From: Acidimicrobiia bacterium
GTDB taxonomy: Bacteria; Actinomycetota; Acidimicrobiia; Spongiisociales; ZC4RG35
DNA: 58,831 nt
Reading direction: 5' to 3'
Assembly: GCA_026989215.1 (NCBI GenBank)
Contig: JALSJV010000205.1
Span: 1 to 58,831, forward strand
The number at the start of each line of letters is the position of its first letter. The stretch's first letter is position 1. Both the position numbers and the translations under genes were made by a program. A model generated the notes under the pieces. It had not been told where the DNA came from. It was given only the letters and a program-made list of their open reading frames with translations, and searched no databases. Positions 9,385-19,239 of the stretch are shown piece after piece.

Positions 9385-10143
9385 GTGACGGTCGACCCCC
9401 GCTGTGAACCCTTCACGCTCCCCGGCACCAACGGCGAGACGATCGTGGCGATCCACGGCTTCACCGGCTGCCCCGCGCATTGGCGCCTGGTCGCGCCGGT
9501 GCTGCAGGAGGCCGGGTACACGGTCGTGGTCCCCCTCCTCGCCGGCCACGGCGGCACGCCCGCCGACCTGGAGGAGGTGACCGCGGACGACTGGGTGGCG
9601 TCCGTCGTCGACGCCGCCCGAGGTCATGAAGGGCCCGTCCACCTGGCCGGGCTCTCCCTGGGCGGCCTGCTGGCCGTCATGGCGGCACGACCCACCGCCG
9701 CCGCCACCCTGACGACGATCAACGCCCCGGTGAAGCTCCGAGACCGTCGGGCCCTGCTCCTTCCCCTCATCGCCCTCATCCGACCCGAGATCGACCACAC
9801 CGACGAACCCCTTCCCGCGGTGGACGAGGCCGCCGCCGAGCTGTTCTTCACCTACCGGAGGTACCCGACCCGATCGGCGGTGCAGCTCCTCTCGCTCCGC
9901 CGCCGCGCGCTCCACGCCGCCCGCCGACTGCGGCGGCCCGCCACCGTGATCCAATCCCGGGCCGACGAGACCGTCGATCCCTCCTCCGGGAAGATCCTGG
10001 CCCGGGCGCTGGGACCGAGCACCCGGCTGGTATGGCTCGAACGGTCGATCCACAACGCTCTCCTCGGCTCGGAGCGGGATCGCGTCGCCCGGGCCATCCT
10101 CGAGCAGGTGAGCGGGGAGTCGCACGACGGACACGAGCTCTAG
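9385..10143 (+). CDS. alpha/beta-fold hydrolase (carboxylesterase-like)
   Basis: ORF 9385..10143. Contains HGFTG and the nucleophile elbow GLSLGG. The GTG start lies 1 nt after the preceding stop. Confidence 0.8.
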   Translation: MTVDPRCEPFTLPGTNGETIVAIHGFTGCPAHWRLVAPVLQEAGYTVVVPLLAGHGGTPADLEEVTADDWVASVVDAARGHEGPVHLAGLSLGGLLAVMAARPTAAATLTTINAPVKLRDRRALLLPLIALIRPEIDHTDEPLPAVDEAAAELFFTYRRYPTRSAVQLLSLRRRALHAARRLRRPATVIQSRADETVDPSSGKILARALGPSTRLVWLERSIHNALLGSERDRVARAILEQVSGESHDGHEL

Positions 10144-10154
10144 GCTCACCGACC

Positions 10155-10718
10155 ATGTCGAAGATCGTCGCCGTGTTCGGATCGTCGAAGGTCACCCCCG
10201 ACGACCCCTGGTATCGGGAGGGCGAGAAGCTGGGTCGGCTCCTCGCCGAAGCAGGTCTGACCGTCGCCACCGGCGGGTACTCGGGGATGATGGAGGCGGT
10301 CTCCGCCGGCGCGGCGGCGGCCGGCGGCCACGTCCTCGGGGTCACCGCGCCCCCGGTGTTCCCCCATCGGGACCGAGCCAACCCCCACGTGGCCGAGGAG
10401 ATCACCGCCGACACGATCAGCGAGCGGATCCACCGGCTCGTCACCGTCGCCGACGCCACCGTCACGATGCCGGGGAGCCTCGGCACCGTCACCGAGTTCC
10501 TCGTCGCCTGGAACACGAACTTCGTCGCCCCCTTCCGGGGAGCCGCCCCGCACCTCCAGGTCGCGGTCGGGCCGATGTGGCGCCGTCTCGTCGACCATCT
10601 CGTCGCCGAGTTCGGCGCCGACGACTCCTACGTCACCTGCGTCGACGACGCCGACACCGCCGCCCGGATCGTCATCGACCGCCTGGCCGACCGGAGCTGG
10701 CATACTGACCGCCCATGA
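10155..10718 (+). CDS. LOG/TIGR00725-family (Rossmann, lysine-decarboxylase-like) protein
   Basis: Internal ATG 10155 of ORF 10032..10718 (MSKIVAVFGSS...). Contains GGYSGMMEA and the PGSLGTVTEF (PGGxGTxxE-like) motif. Confidence 0.75.
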   Translation: MSKIVAVFGSSKVTPDDPWYREGEKLGRLLAEAGLTVATGGYSGMMEAVSAGAAAAGGHVLGVTAPPVFPHRDRANPHVAEEITADTISERIHRLVTVADATVTMPGSLGTVTEFLVAWNTNFVAPFRGAAPHLQVAVGPMWRRLVDHLVAEFGADDSYVTCVDDADTAARIVIDRLADRSWHTDRP

Positions 10719-10957
10719 GCCAGCGATCCGTAGGCCGTCGCGACCGTCGCCGGGCCCGGGCCCAGTGCCGAGAGAACCGGCATCGCTACGGCTCCGCGGC
10801 GCCCATCGGCGCGGGGATCACCCGGAGGGTGTGCCTCGCCTGCGGCGCGGTCTCCATCGACCTCACCGGCGCCGAACCTCCCGCTCCGACCGACGTGACG
10901 GCCTCGCCCGGAAGTTTCCGCCGACGAGAAGGGCTGTCGTCGATCGTCCGCCGATGA
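10715..10957 (+). CDS. small Arg-rich protein with Cys/His cluster (possible zinc ribbon)
   Basis: ORF 10715..10957. It shares ATGA start/stop overlaps with both neighbours (10715-10718 and 10954-10957). Cys/His cluster: C18, H23, C40-x2-C43. No family recognised. Confidence 0.4.
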   Translation: MSQRSVGRRDRRRARAQCRENRHRYGSAAPIGAGITRRVCLACGAVSIDLTGAEPPAPTDVTASPGSFRRREGLSSIVRR

Positions 10958-11823
10958 AACCGATCCACGCCTCGGGAGGCCTGCTGTTCCGCCCCACCGA
11001 CCGTGGTGTCGAGGTGCTGGTGGTCCATCGCCCCCGCTACGACGACTGGACCCTGCCGAAGGGCAAGGACGATCCCGGTGAGCAGCCCCGAGACGCAGCC
11101 CTGCGCGAAGTGGCGGAGGAGACCGGCTACCGGGCGCGGATCGTCGCCCCCCTCGGCGAGACGGAGTATCCGGGGCCGGACGGACGACCCAAGAAGGTCG
11201 CCTACTTCGCCATGCGGCCCGTCGACGGGGCGTTTCGGCCGAACCGCGAGGTCGACGAGGTCCGCTGGCTCCCCCCCGACGACGCCGCCCGGCTCCTCAC
11301 CTACCCGCACGATCGGCGCCTGGTCCGCGACGTCGATTACGACGCGCTCACCCGCACCGGGCGCCTCTTCCTGGTCCGTCACGCCGCCGCCGGAAGCCGT
11401 GCCCGATGGACCGGCGACGACCGCCTCCGACCCCTCACCCCCAAGGGGAGGCGCCAGGCGGAACGGATCGCCCACCGGCTGGCGGGCGAGGGCATCGAGC
11501 GGATCCTCACCAGCCCCTACGTCCGGTGCCGCCAGACCGTCGAACCCCTCGCCGCCGAACTGGACCTCCCGATCGAGGAGGTCGACGCCCTCGCCGAGGG
11601 CTCCACCCGCGGTGAGTTGATGGAGCTCGTCGAACCCCTCATCGGCTGCAACGTGGTGCTCTGCGGACACGGCGACACCATCCCCGCGATCCTCGACGGG
11701 TTGGAGGCCCGCGGCCTTCCTCTGCCGGTCCCCTACGAGGTGAAGAAAGGCTCGATCTGGGTGGTCGACGTCGAAGGGGGCGTCCCCCGCCACGCCGAAT
11801 ACGAGCCCCCGCCCCCGGTGTGA
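10954..11823 (+). CDS. Nudix hydrolase fused to histidine-phosphatase domain (MutT1-like architecture)
   Basis: ATG 10954 within ORF 10765..11823. Nudix box GKDDPGEQPRDAALREVAEETG, followed by the LVRHAAAG (RHG-type) phosphatase motif and a second histidine in CGHGDT. Confidence 0.85.
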   Translation: MKPIHASGGLLFRPTDRGVEVLVVHRPRYDDWTLPKGKDDPGEQPRDAALREVAEETGYRARIVAPLGETEYPGPDGRPKKVAYFAMRPVDGAFRPNREVDEVRWLPPDDAARLLTYPHDRRLVRDVDYDALTRTGRLFLVRHAAAGSRARWTGDDRLRPLTPKGRRQAERIAHRLAGEGIERILTSPYVRCRQTVEPLAAELDLPIEEVDALAEGSTRGELMELVEPLIGCNVVLCGHGDTIPAILDGLEARGLPLPVPYEVKKGSIWVVDVEGGVPRHAEYEPPPPV

Positions 11824-11845
11824 TCACCGCCCCCCGGCCCGGTCG

Positions 11846-14800
11846 TCACCCCTCCAGCGCCCCCTCCACGAGGGCGCGCTGTTCGGCCAGGTGGCGCCGA
11901 TACGAGCCGGTGGCCGGGCTCGCCGCAGCCGGGCGGCCCCGATAGAGGATGGGGCGCTCGAAGGCCTCACCGAGGAGGTCACGGACCTCGCGGTACGCAC
12001 CCATGTTCTCCGGCTCCTCCTGACACCACACGATCTCGGCCTGCGGATGCCGAGCTGCGAGCACGGCAAGCTCCGAGTGGGGGAAGGGGTACAACTGCTC
12101 CACCCGGACCAGGGCGACGTCCCGGACCGCCGCCTCCTCCCGATGCCGAGCCAGGTCGTAATAGACCTTGCCCGTGCACAGCACCAGCCTGCGGGCGTCG
12201 GCGGGCCGATCGGGATCCTCGATCACCGGCCGGAAGGACCCGGCCGACAGGTCGGAGGCCGAGGCGAAGGACGGCCGGTGACGGAGGAGCGACTTGGGGG
12301 TGAACACGATGAGGGGGCGACGGGGACGCATCAGCGCCTGGCGTCGGAGGAGGTGGAAGTACTGGCCGGCCGTGGAGGGGACGACGACGAAGAGGTTGTC
12401 CTCGGCGCAGAGCTGAAGGAACCGCTCGATCCGAGCCGAGGAGTGCTCCGGACCCTGACCCTCGTACCCGTGGGGCAGCAGGAGGACGAGGCCGGAACGC
12501 TGCCCCCACTTCGCCTCCCCGGCGACGACGAACTGGTCGATGATCACCTGGGCGCCGTTGGCGAAGTCGCCGAACTGGGCCTCCCACAGCACGAGCGCCT
12601 CCGGCCAGCCGACCGAGTAGCCGTACTCGAACCCGACGGCGGCGAACTCGGACAACAGCGAGTCCACGATCCGCACCGGCGCCCCCTCCATCTCCTCCAA
12701 CGGTGCCCAGGACTCCCCGGTCCGGAAATCCACCAGCTCCGCATGGCGCTGGGAGAACGTGCCCCGACGTGAATCCTCGCCCGCCAGCCGGATCGGGACG
12801 CCGTCGGTCCCCAGGCTGGCGAACGCCAGTGCTTCCGCCGTCGCCCAGTCGACCGCGTCGCGGTCGAGCGCCGACGCCCGTGCCTCCATCACCCGGACCA
12901 ACTTCGGGTGGAGCGTGAACCCCTCCGGCGGGGTCGTCAGCCGCTCCAGCAGCCCGGCGAGCCGCGCGACGGGGACCGATGTCGCCGGTACCCGGACCTC
13001 CGCCGTCTCGGTGTCGCGTCGCGGGCGGGGCCCGTCGGCGTCCCGGGTCGCCGTGAACGCCGACTCCAGCAGCCGCCGGAAATCCTCCAGGAGCTCCTCC
13101 CCCTGCTCCACGGTCAGCTCCCCGGTGTTCACGAGTCGCTCCAGATACAGCTTCCGCACCGACCGATGGGCCTCGATTCGCTGGTACATGAGCGGCTGGG
13201 TGTACGAGGGCTCGTCGGCCTCGTTGTGTCCGCGCCGCCGATAGCACACCAGGTCGATGACCACGTCACTCCCGAACTCGCGGCGGTAGGCGAAGGCGAG
13301 GCGAGCCACCCTCACGACGGCTTCGGGATCGTCGCCGTTCACGTGGATGATCGGAGCCTGCACCATCTTGGCGACGTCGGTGGCGTAGAAGCTGGATCGG
13401 GCGTGACGTGCCGCCGTGGTGAACCCCACCTGGTTGTTGACGACGATGTGGACGGTGCCCCCGGTCCGGTATCCGGAGAGCTGGGAGAGGTTGAGGGTCT
13501 CGGCCACCACCCCCTGGCCCGCGAAGGCGGCGTCGCCGTGGATGAGGATGGGCAGGATCCTCCTCGCCCCATCCCCGTCGAGCTGGTCCTGCTCGGCCCG
13601 GACCACCCCCTCCAGCACCGGGTCGACCGCTTCGAGGTGTGACGGGTTGGCGACCACGGCCACCGCCACCTCCCCTCCGTCGGCGGTCTCGTACACACCG
13701 TCGGCACCGAGGTGGTACTTGACGTCGCCGGTCCCCCCGGTGGTCTCCGGATCCAAGTCCCCTTCGAACTCTCGGAAGATGCGGTCGAGGGGCTTGCCGA
13801 TGATGTTCGCCAGGACGTTCAGCCGACCACGGTGGGCCATCCCGATGATCGCCTTCTCGACACCACCGGCCGCCGCCGCGCCGAGCACGGCGTCGAGGAG
13901 CGGGATGAGGCTCTCGGCCCCCTCCAGGCCGAAGCGCTTGTGTCCTACGTATTTCGTATGGAGGAAGCGCTCGAACGCCTCCGCCCGGTTGAGCCGGTCG
14001 AGGATTCGCAGCTTCTCGGCGTGGGTCAGCTCGGTCCGCCGCCCCTCCACCATCGACTGCATCCAGGCCTTCTGCCCGGTGTCCTGGATGTGCATGTACT
14101 CGATGCCGACCGTCCGGCAGTAGGCGTCCCGCAGGGTCGACAGGATCGTCCCCAGGGTGGCCACCTCACTCCCCCCGACGCCTCCGGAGGCGAACTCCCG
14201 ATCGAGATCCCAGATCGTCAACCCGTAGTAGAGGGGATCGAGCTCGGGATACATCTCCGGCGACCGCATTCGCAGCGGATCCAGGTCGGCGATCAGATGC
14301 CCCCGAACCCGATGGGCGTTGATGAGGCGGAAGACGTTCGCCTGCTTCTCGGCCCACTCGGGACTGCCGACGGGAGGATTGTCGTCCGCGGCCCAACGGG
14401 CCGGGGTGTACGGCATCTCCATCGCCTCGAAGATCTCGTCGTAGAAGCCGTCCTCGCCGAGGAGGTACCCGTGGATGCGGGCGAGGAATGCCCCCGACTG
14501 GGCACCCTGGATGACCCGGTGGTCGTAGGTGCTGGTGATGGCGACGACCCGGCCGATGCCCTGGCGGGCCAGGAACCGCTCGTCGGCCCCCTGGAACTCG
14601 GGCGGGTAGGTGATCGCCCCGACCCCGACGATCAGGCCCTGTTCGCTCATGAGCCTCGGCACCGACTGCACCGTGCCGAGGGTGCCCGGGTTGGTGAGGC
14701 TCACCGTCGTCCCGGCGAAGTCGTCCGGCGTCAACCGGTTGGTCCGGGCCCGCTGCACGAGGTCCTCGTAGGCGAGCCAGAAGGACCGGAACTCGAGCGT

Positions 14801-15346
14801 CTCGGCGGCCTTCAGGTTGGGGACCAGGAGCACCCTCGAACCGTCGGCCCGAGCGACGTCCACGGCCAACCCGAGGTTGACGTGGCGGTGCCGCACCAGA
14901 AAGGGCTCGCCGTCGACCCTTCGGAACGACACGTTCATCTCCGGCATCTCGACGAGGGCCTTCACGACCGCCCAGCCGATGAGATGGGTGAAGCTCACCT
15001 TGCCGCCGACGGTTCGCCGCCGGAGCTGGTTGTTGAGGATCAGCCGGTTGACCTCCAACAGCTTGGCGGGGATCGTGCGCACCGAGGTCGCCGTGGGAAC
15101 GCCGAGGCTCTCCTCCATCCGGTCGGCAACGACTCCCGGCACACCGCGCAGCGGCACGAGCTCGACGTCGTCGACACCGGCCTCGGACGGTCGGGGCTCC
15201 TCCTCCACCGGCACCCCGTAGGGTCGATACCCCTCCTCGAAGAAACGACGCCAAGCCTCCGACACCGACGCCGGATCCGCCAGGAAGCGCCGGTACATCT
15301 CGTCGACCAGCCAGACGTTGGTGCCGAACTCGGACGGCGCGGTCAT
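11846..15346 (-). CDS. kgd: multifunctional 2-oxoglutarate dehydrogenase E1/decarboxylase with N-terminal E2-like acyltransferase domain (Kgd type)
   Basis: C-terminal 1166 aa of ORF 11846..16024 from ATG 15346 (MTAPSEFGTNVWLVDEMYRRF). The acyltransferase motif DHRVIQGA is followed by the SucA E1 region (HRGRLNVL, GDAAFAGQGVV). Confidence 0.95.
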   Translation of the reverse strand: MTAPSEFGTNVWLVDEMYRRFLADPASVSEAWRRFFEEGYRPYGVPVEEEPRPSEAGVDDVELVPLRGVPGVVADRMEESLGVPTATSVRTIPAKLLEVNRLILNNQLRRRTVGGKVSFTHLIGWAVVKALVEMPEMNVSFRRVDGEPFLVRHRHVNLGLAVDVARADGSRVLLVPNLKAAETLEFRSFWLAYEDLVQRARTNRLTPDDFAGTTVSLTNPGTLGTVQSVPRLMSEQGLIVGVGAITYPPEFQGADERFLARQGIGRVVAITSTYDHRVIQGAQSGAFLARIHGYLLGEDGFYDEIFEAMEMPYTPARWAADDNPPVGSPEWAEKQANVFRLINAHRVRGHLIADLDPLRMRSPEMYPELDPLYYGLTIWDLDREFASGGVGGSEVATLGTILSTLRDAYCRTVGIEYMHIQDTGQKAWMQSMVEGRRTELTHAEKLRILDRLNRAEAFERFLHTKYVGHKRFGLEGAESLIPLLDAVLGAAAAGGVEKAIIGMAHRGRLNVLANIIGKPLDRIFREFEGDLDPETTGGTGDVKYHLGADGVYETADGGEVAVAVVANPSHLEAVDPVLEGVVRAEQDQLDGDGARRILPILIHGDAAFAGQGVVAETLNLSQLSGYRTGGTVHIVVNNQVGFTTAARHARSSFYATDVAKMVQAPIIHVNGDDPEAVVRVARLAFAYRREFGSDVVIDLVCYRRRGHNEADEPSYTQPLMYQRIEAHRSVRKLYLERLVNTGELTVEQGEELLEDFRRLLESAFTATRDADGPRPRRDTETAEVRVPATSVPVARLAGLLERLTTPPEGFTLHPKLVRVMEARASALDRDAVDWATAEALAFASLGTDGVPIRLAGEDSRRGTFSQRHAELVDFRTGESWAPLEEMEGAPVRIVDSLLSEFAAVGFEYGYSVGWPEALVLWEAQFGDFANGAQVIIDQFVVAGEAKWGQRSGLVLLLPHGYEGQGPEHSSARIERFLQLCAEDNLFVVVPSTAGQYFHLLRRQALMRPRRPLIVFTPKSLLRHRPSFASASDLSAGSFRPVIEDPDRPADARRLVLCTGKVYYDLARHREEAAVRDVALVRVEQLYPFPHSELAVLAARHPQAEIVWCQEEPENMGAYREVRDLLGEAFERPILYRGRPAAASPATGSYRRHLAEQRALVEGALEG

Positions 15347-15427
15347 CGGAGCAGCGATGCTACCGCTGCAGAGCAGGCGGCGAAGGGGACGTAGACTCCC
15401 CGTCCGCGCGAGCGCGAGGGGAGAACC

Positions 15428-17815
15428 GTGGAGATCGAACCCGGCCATCTGTTCCTGGGAGGGGTCGTCGACCCCGAACGTCGGGAACGCACCGAGGACC
15501 TCCTGACCTACCCCTCCGAGCGGTTCACGACCCATGGCGTGATCGTGGGCATGACCGGGTCGGGCAAGACCGGACTCGGCATCGACCTGGTGGAAGAGGC
15601 CCTGCTGGCGGGGATCCCGACCCTCGTCCTCGACCCGAAGGGCGACATGGGAAACCTGCTCCTCCAGTTCCCCGAGTTCGACCCACGCGATTTCGCACCG
15701 TACGTCGACGACGCCGAGGCCCGACGGCAGGGCATCTCCTCCGACGAGCTCGCCGCCCGCACCGCGGAGATGTGGAAACGGGGGCTCGGGTCGTGGGGCA
15801 TCGACGGGGATCGCCTCCGACGCCTGCTGTCGACCGCCGACCTCACGATCTACACCCCGGGGTCCACCGCCGGCGTCGGTATCGACATCCTCGGCTCGCT
15901 CGAGGCACCCGAAGACGGCTGGGAGTCCGACCCCGAGACCTACCGCGACGAGATCGAAGGGTACGTCTCGTCGCTGCTCACCCTCGCCGGGATCGACGCC
16001 GACCCGATCTCCGACCCCCAACACATCCTCGTGGCGACGATCATCGAGGACGCGTGGCGGGAAGGCCGTGCCCTCGACCTGGCGTCACTCATCACCGCGA
16101 TCCCCACGCCGCCGTTCCGGAAGCTGGGCGTGTTCGACCTCGACGAGTTCTTCCCCTCGAAGAAGCGGATGGCCCTGGCGATGCGGCTCAACGGACTGGT
16201 CGCCTCCCCGTCCTTCGCCGAGTGGATGCAGGGTGTCCCCTTCGACCTCGACGCCATGTTGACGACCCCCGAGGGCTCGCCCCGGGCGGCGATCGTGTAC
16301 CTCGCCCACCTCTCGGACACCGAGCGCCAGTTCGTCGTGACGCTGCTGCTCTCCAAGCTCGTCACCTGGATGCGCCGGCAGGCGGGCACGTCGGAGCTGC
16401 GGGCCCTCGTCTACATGGACGAGGTGTTCGGGTTCGTTCCTCCCACCGCCGAGCCTCCCTCGAAGAAGCCGATCCTCACGATCCTGAAGCAGGCCCGCGC
16501 CTATGGGGTCGGAATGGTCCTCTCCACCCAGAACCCGGTGGACCTCGACTACAAGGCGATGTCGAACGCCGGTACCTGGATGATCGGACGGCTCCAGACC
16601 GAACGGGACAAGGCTCGCATCCTCGAAGGCCTCAGCGCCGCCTCCGGCGCCGTCGACGTGGAGCTTTTCGACCGCCTGATCTCGGGTCTCGACAAACGCC
16701 AGTTCGTGCTCCACTCCACCCGGGAGACGCAGCCGACCGTCTTCACCACCCGGTGGGCGCAGTCGTATCTGGCCGGGCCCCTCACCCGCGACCAGATCGC
16801 CGAGCTGATGCGCGACCGCCGCCCGACCGACGGCCGTCAGACGTCGTCCCGCCCCGTCGACGACACCCCGACCTCCGACGACACCACACCGGCCGCCGAC
16901 GCCCCACCGACGGTTGCACCGGGCGTGGAGATCCGGTTCGTCGACCCCGCGGCCCCCTGGCTCCGCACCATCGGCGCCGACCCCACAGGCCGTGTGCACC
17001 GCGCCGCCGCCCTCGCCACCGTTCGGCTCCGCTACGACGACGCCCCCACCAAGCTCGACCATCGGGAGGTGTGGGAGGCGGTGATCTTCCCCCTCACCGA
17101 CCCCTTCGACCCCGACACCGTGCACGAGGTCGACCACGACCCACGCGACCTCGTGCCCGTCCCCGAGGAGGCTCGTTATCTGGCCCCGGAGGCGCCGATC
17201 GAGGCGAAGAGCTTCTGGAACCGGCTCGCCCGTGGACTTCGAGACCACCTCGTCGCTCGACGCACCGTCACCGTCTTCCGGAACCGAGACCTGAAGCTCG
17301 TCTCCCGGGTCGGAGAGACCGAGGAGGCCTTCCTCTCCCGCTGCCGGGAGGCGGCCGAGGACGCCGCCGACCGCGACGTCGCCAAGCTCGTCGACCGGTA
17401 CCGCCGGAGGATCGACGCGGTGAAGGACAAGCTGCGTGCGGCCGAACGGCGGGTCCGCGACCTCGCCGCCGACGTCGAGGCCCGACGCTCCGAAGAGCTG
17501 CTCTCCGGGGCGGGTGACCTGCTGGGAGCGATCCTGGGTGGCCGACGACGCAGCTCGGCCCTCTCCCGGGCGGCAGCCCGACGCCGACAGACCCGCCAGC
17601 TCGAGCAGCGGCTCATCTCGGCCCAGGAACGTCAAGACGATCTCCTCGCCGATCTGGCGGAGCTCGAGGACGAACTGGCCGACGAGATCGAGACGATCAC
17701 CGCTCGATGGGAGGAGCGTGCGGCCCGGATCGAGGAGCTGACCGTGCCGCTGGAGGCGGCGGACGTCACCGTCGAACCCCCGGTTTTGGTGTGGATACCG
17801 GCTGACGGCTCGTGA
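15428..17815 (+). CDS. HerA/DUF87-like P-loop ATPase with long C-terminal coiled-coil region
   Basis: ORF 15428..17815 (GTG start). Walker A GMTGSGKTG, Walker B ALVYMDEVF, then STQNPVDLDYK. The C-terminal ~250 aa is Arg/Glu-rich heptad-like sequence. Confidence 0.8.
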   Translation: MEIEPGHLFLGGVVDPERRERTEDLLTYPSERFTTHGVIVGMTGSGKTGLGIDLVEEALLAGIPTLVLDPKGDMGNLLLQFPEFDPRDFAPYVDDAEARRQGISSDELAARTAEMWKRGLGSWGIDGDRLRRLLSTADLTIYTPGSTAGVGIDILGSLEAPEDGWESDPETYRDEIEGYVSSLLTLAGIDADPISDPQHILVATIIEDAWREGRALDLASLITAIPTPPFRKLGVFDLDEFFPSKKRMALAMRLNGLVASPSFAEWMQGVPFDLDAMLTTPEGSPRAAIVYLAHLSDTERQFVVTLLLSKLVTWMRRQAGTSELRALVYMDEVFGFVPPTAEPPSKKPILTILKQARAYGVGMVLSTQNPVDLDYKAMSNAGTWMIGRLQTERDKARILEGLSAASGAVDVELFDRLISGLDKRQFVLHSTRETQPTVFTTRWAQSYLAGPLTRDQIAELMRDRRPTDGRQTSSRPVDDTPTSDDTTPAADAPPTVAPGVEIRFVDPAAPWLRTIGADPTGRVHRAAALATVRLRYDDAPTKLDHREVWEAVIFPLTDPFDPDTVHEVDHDPRDLVPVPEEARYLAPEAPIEAKSFWNRLARGLRDHLVARRTVTVFRNRDLKLVSRVGETEEAFLSRCREAAEDAADRDVAKLVDRYRRRIDAVKDKLRAAERRVRDLAADVEARRSEELLSGAGDLLGAILGGRRRSSALSRAAARRRQTRQLEQRLISAQERQDDLLADLAELEDELADEIETITARWEERAARIEELTVPLEAADVTVEPPVLVWIPADGS

Positions 17816-17878
17816 TCCCTTGACTATGGTTCCACGGGCATCCCCTGCGGGATCACGCACCCAAGGAGGAAGGGAAAC

Positions 17879-19159
17879 ATGCGAAAAACGAAATGGCTGC
17901 GGCTGATCGCCGTCACCGCCGTCCTCGGTCTGGTGGCGGCGGCCTGTGGCGGCGGCGACGCCGGTGACGCCGCCGGTGGCGGCGAGGGCGCTTCGGCCTC
18001 GGCCGACGGCGTGCTCAAGATCGGCACGCTGCTCCCCATCACCGGCGACCTAGCGTTCCTCGGCCCACCCGAGGTGGCAGGTGCCCGACTCGCCGTCCAG
18101 GACATCAACGCCGCGGGCGGTGTCCTCGGCAAGGACGTCGTCCTCATCGAAGGCGACTCCGGCGACACCAACCAGGACATCGCCAACCCCGAAGTGGACC
18201 GGCTGCTGGCCGAAGGGGTGGACGCCATCATCGGCGCCGCCTCCTCCGCCGTCTCCAAGCTCGTGATCGACAAGATCACCGGCGCCAACGTGATCCACTT
18301 CTCCCCGGCGAACACGTCGCCCGACTTCACCACCTACCCGGACAACGGTCTGTACTTCCGGACCGCCCCGTCCGACCTGCTCCAGGGCAAGGTCCTGGCC
18401 GACCAGGTGGCGAAGCAGGGCAACGAGACCGCCGCGGTGATCTTCCGCCAGGAGTCCTACGGACAGGGTCTCGCCCAGGCCTTCAAGGAGAACTTCGAGG
18501 CCCTCGGCGGCACCGTCGATCCGTTCATCCCCTACGCGGTGGACACCGAGAACTTCGACGCCGAGGTCGACCAGATCGTGGCCGCCGACCCCGACGCCAT
18601 CGTCGTGATCGGCTTCGCCGAGTCGGCCAACATCCTGACGACCATGCACGAGCGGGGCATCGGCCCCACCAGCGGCAAGAACGTCTGGGGTGTGGACGGC
18701 AACATCGGCGGGATCGGCAAGGAGCTCTCGGATCCCTCGATCATCGCCGGGATGCGCGGCACCGAGCCGAGCGTGAACCTGAAGCAGATCAGTGACTTCA
18801 CGGCTCGCCTCGACACCGCCTACGAAGGCGGCGTCGGCGGGGTGTACGCCTACGGCGCGGAGACCTACGACGCCATCGTCATCGTGGCGCTGGCCGCCGA
18901 GGTCGCCGGCACCGACGATCCCGTGAAGGTCGCCGCCGAGATCAACGGCGTCACCAAGGACGGCGAGAAGTGCACGAGCTTCGCCGAGTGCAAGGCGCTG
19001 ATCGACGAAGGCAAGAACATCGACTACGACGGGCTCGGTGGCCCGTACGAATTCGTCGATGCGGGTGAGCCGGCTGCGGCCAGCTTCCGGATCGCCACCT
19101 ACGACGGCGGCGCGACCCCGAACCCCGACCTCGACGAGTACGTGTTCGCCGGCGGCTGA
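17879..19159 (+). CDS. ABC transporter substrate-binding lipoprotein (Leu/Ile/Val-binding, type I PBP family)
   Basis: ORF 17879..19159. Strong RBS AAGGAGGA. Signal/lipobox MRKTKWLRLIAVTAVLGLVAAAC. LivK-like fold motifs (KIGTLLPITGDLAFLG). Confidence 0.9.
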   Translation: MRKTKWLRLIAVTAVLGLVAAACGGGDAGDAAGGGEGASASADGVLKIGTLLPITGDLAFLGPPEVAGARLAVQDINAAGGVLGKDVVLIEGDSGDTNQDIANPEVDRLLAEGVDAIIGAASSAVSKLVIDKITGANVIHFSPANTSPDFTTYPDNGLYFRTAPSDLLQGKVLADQVAKQGNETAAVIFRQESYGQGLAQAFKENFEALGGTVDPFIPYAVDTENFDAEVDQIVAADPDAIVVIGFAESANILTTMHERGIGPTSGKNVWGVDGNIGGIGKELSDPSIIAGMRGTEPSVNLKQISDFTARLDTAYEGGVGGVYAYGAETYDAIVIVALAAEVAGTDDPVKVAAEINGVTKDGEKCTSFAECKALIDEGKNIDYDGLGGPYEFVDAGEPAAASFRIATYDGGATPNPDLDEYVFAGG

Positions 19160-19180
19160 GCCGACGAACCACCGATCGAC

Positions 19181-19213
19181 GAAGGGCCCGGCCCCCGAAG
19201 GGCCGGGCCCTTC
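19181..19213 (+). terminator. GC-rich hairpin after the binding-protein gene
   Basis: GAAGGGCCCGGCCC-CCGAA-GGGCCGGGCCCTTC: a perfect 14-bp stem with a 5-nt loop, 22 nt after the stop. There is no U-tract, as is typical for high-GC actinobacteria. Confidence 0.6.
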
Positions 19214-19239
19214 GCGTGCGCCGCGGGCATACTCCCTCC

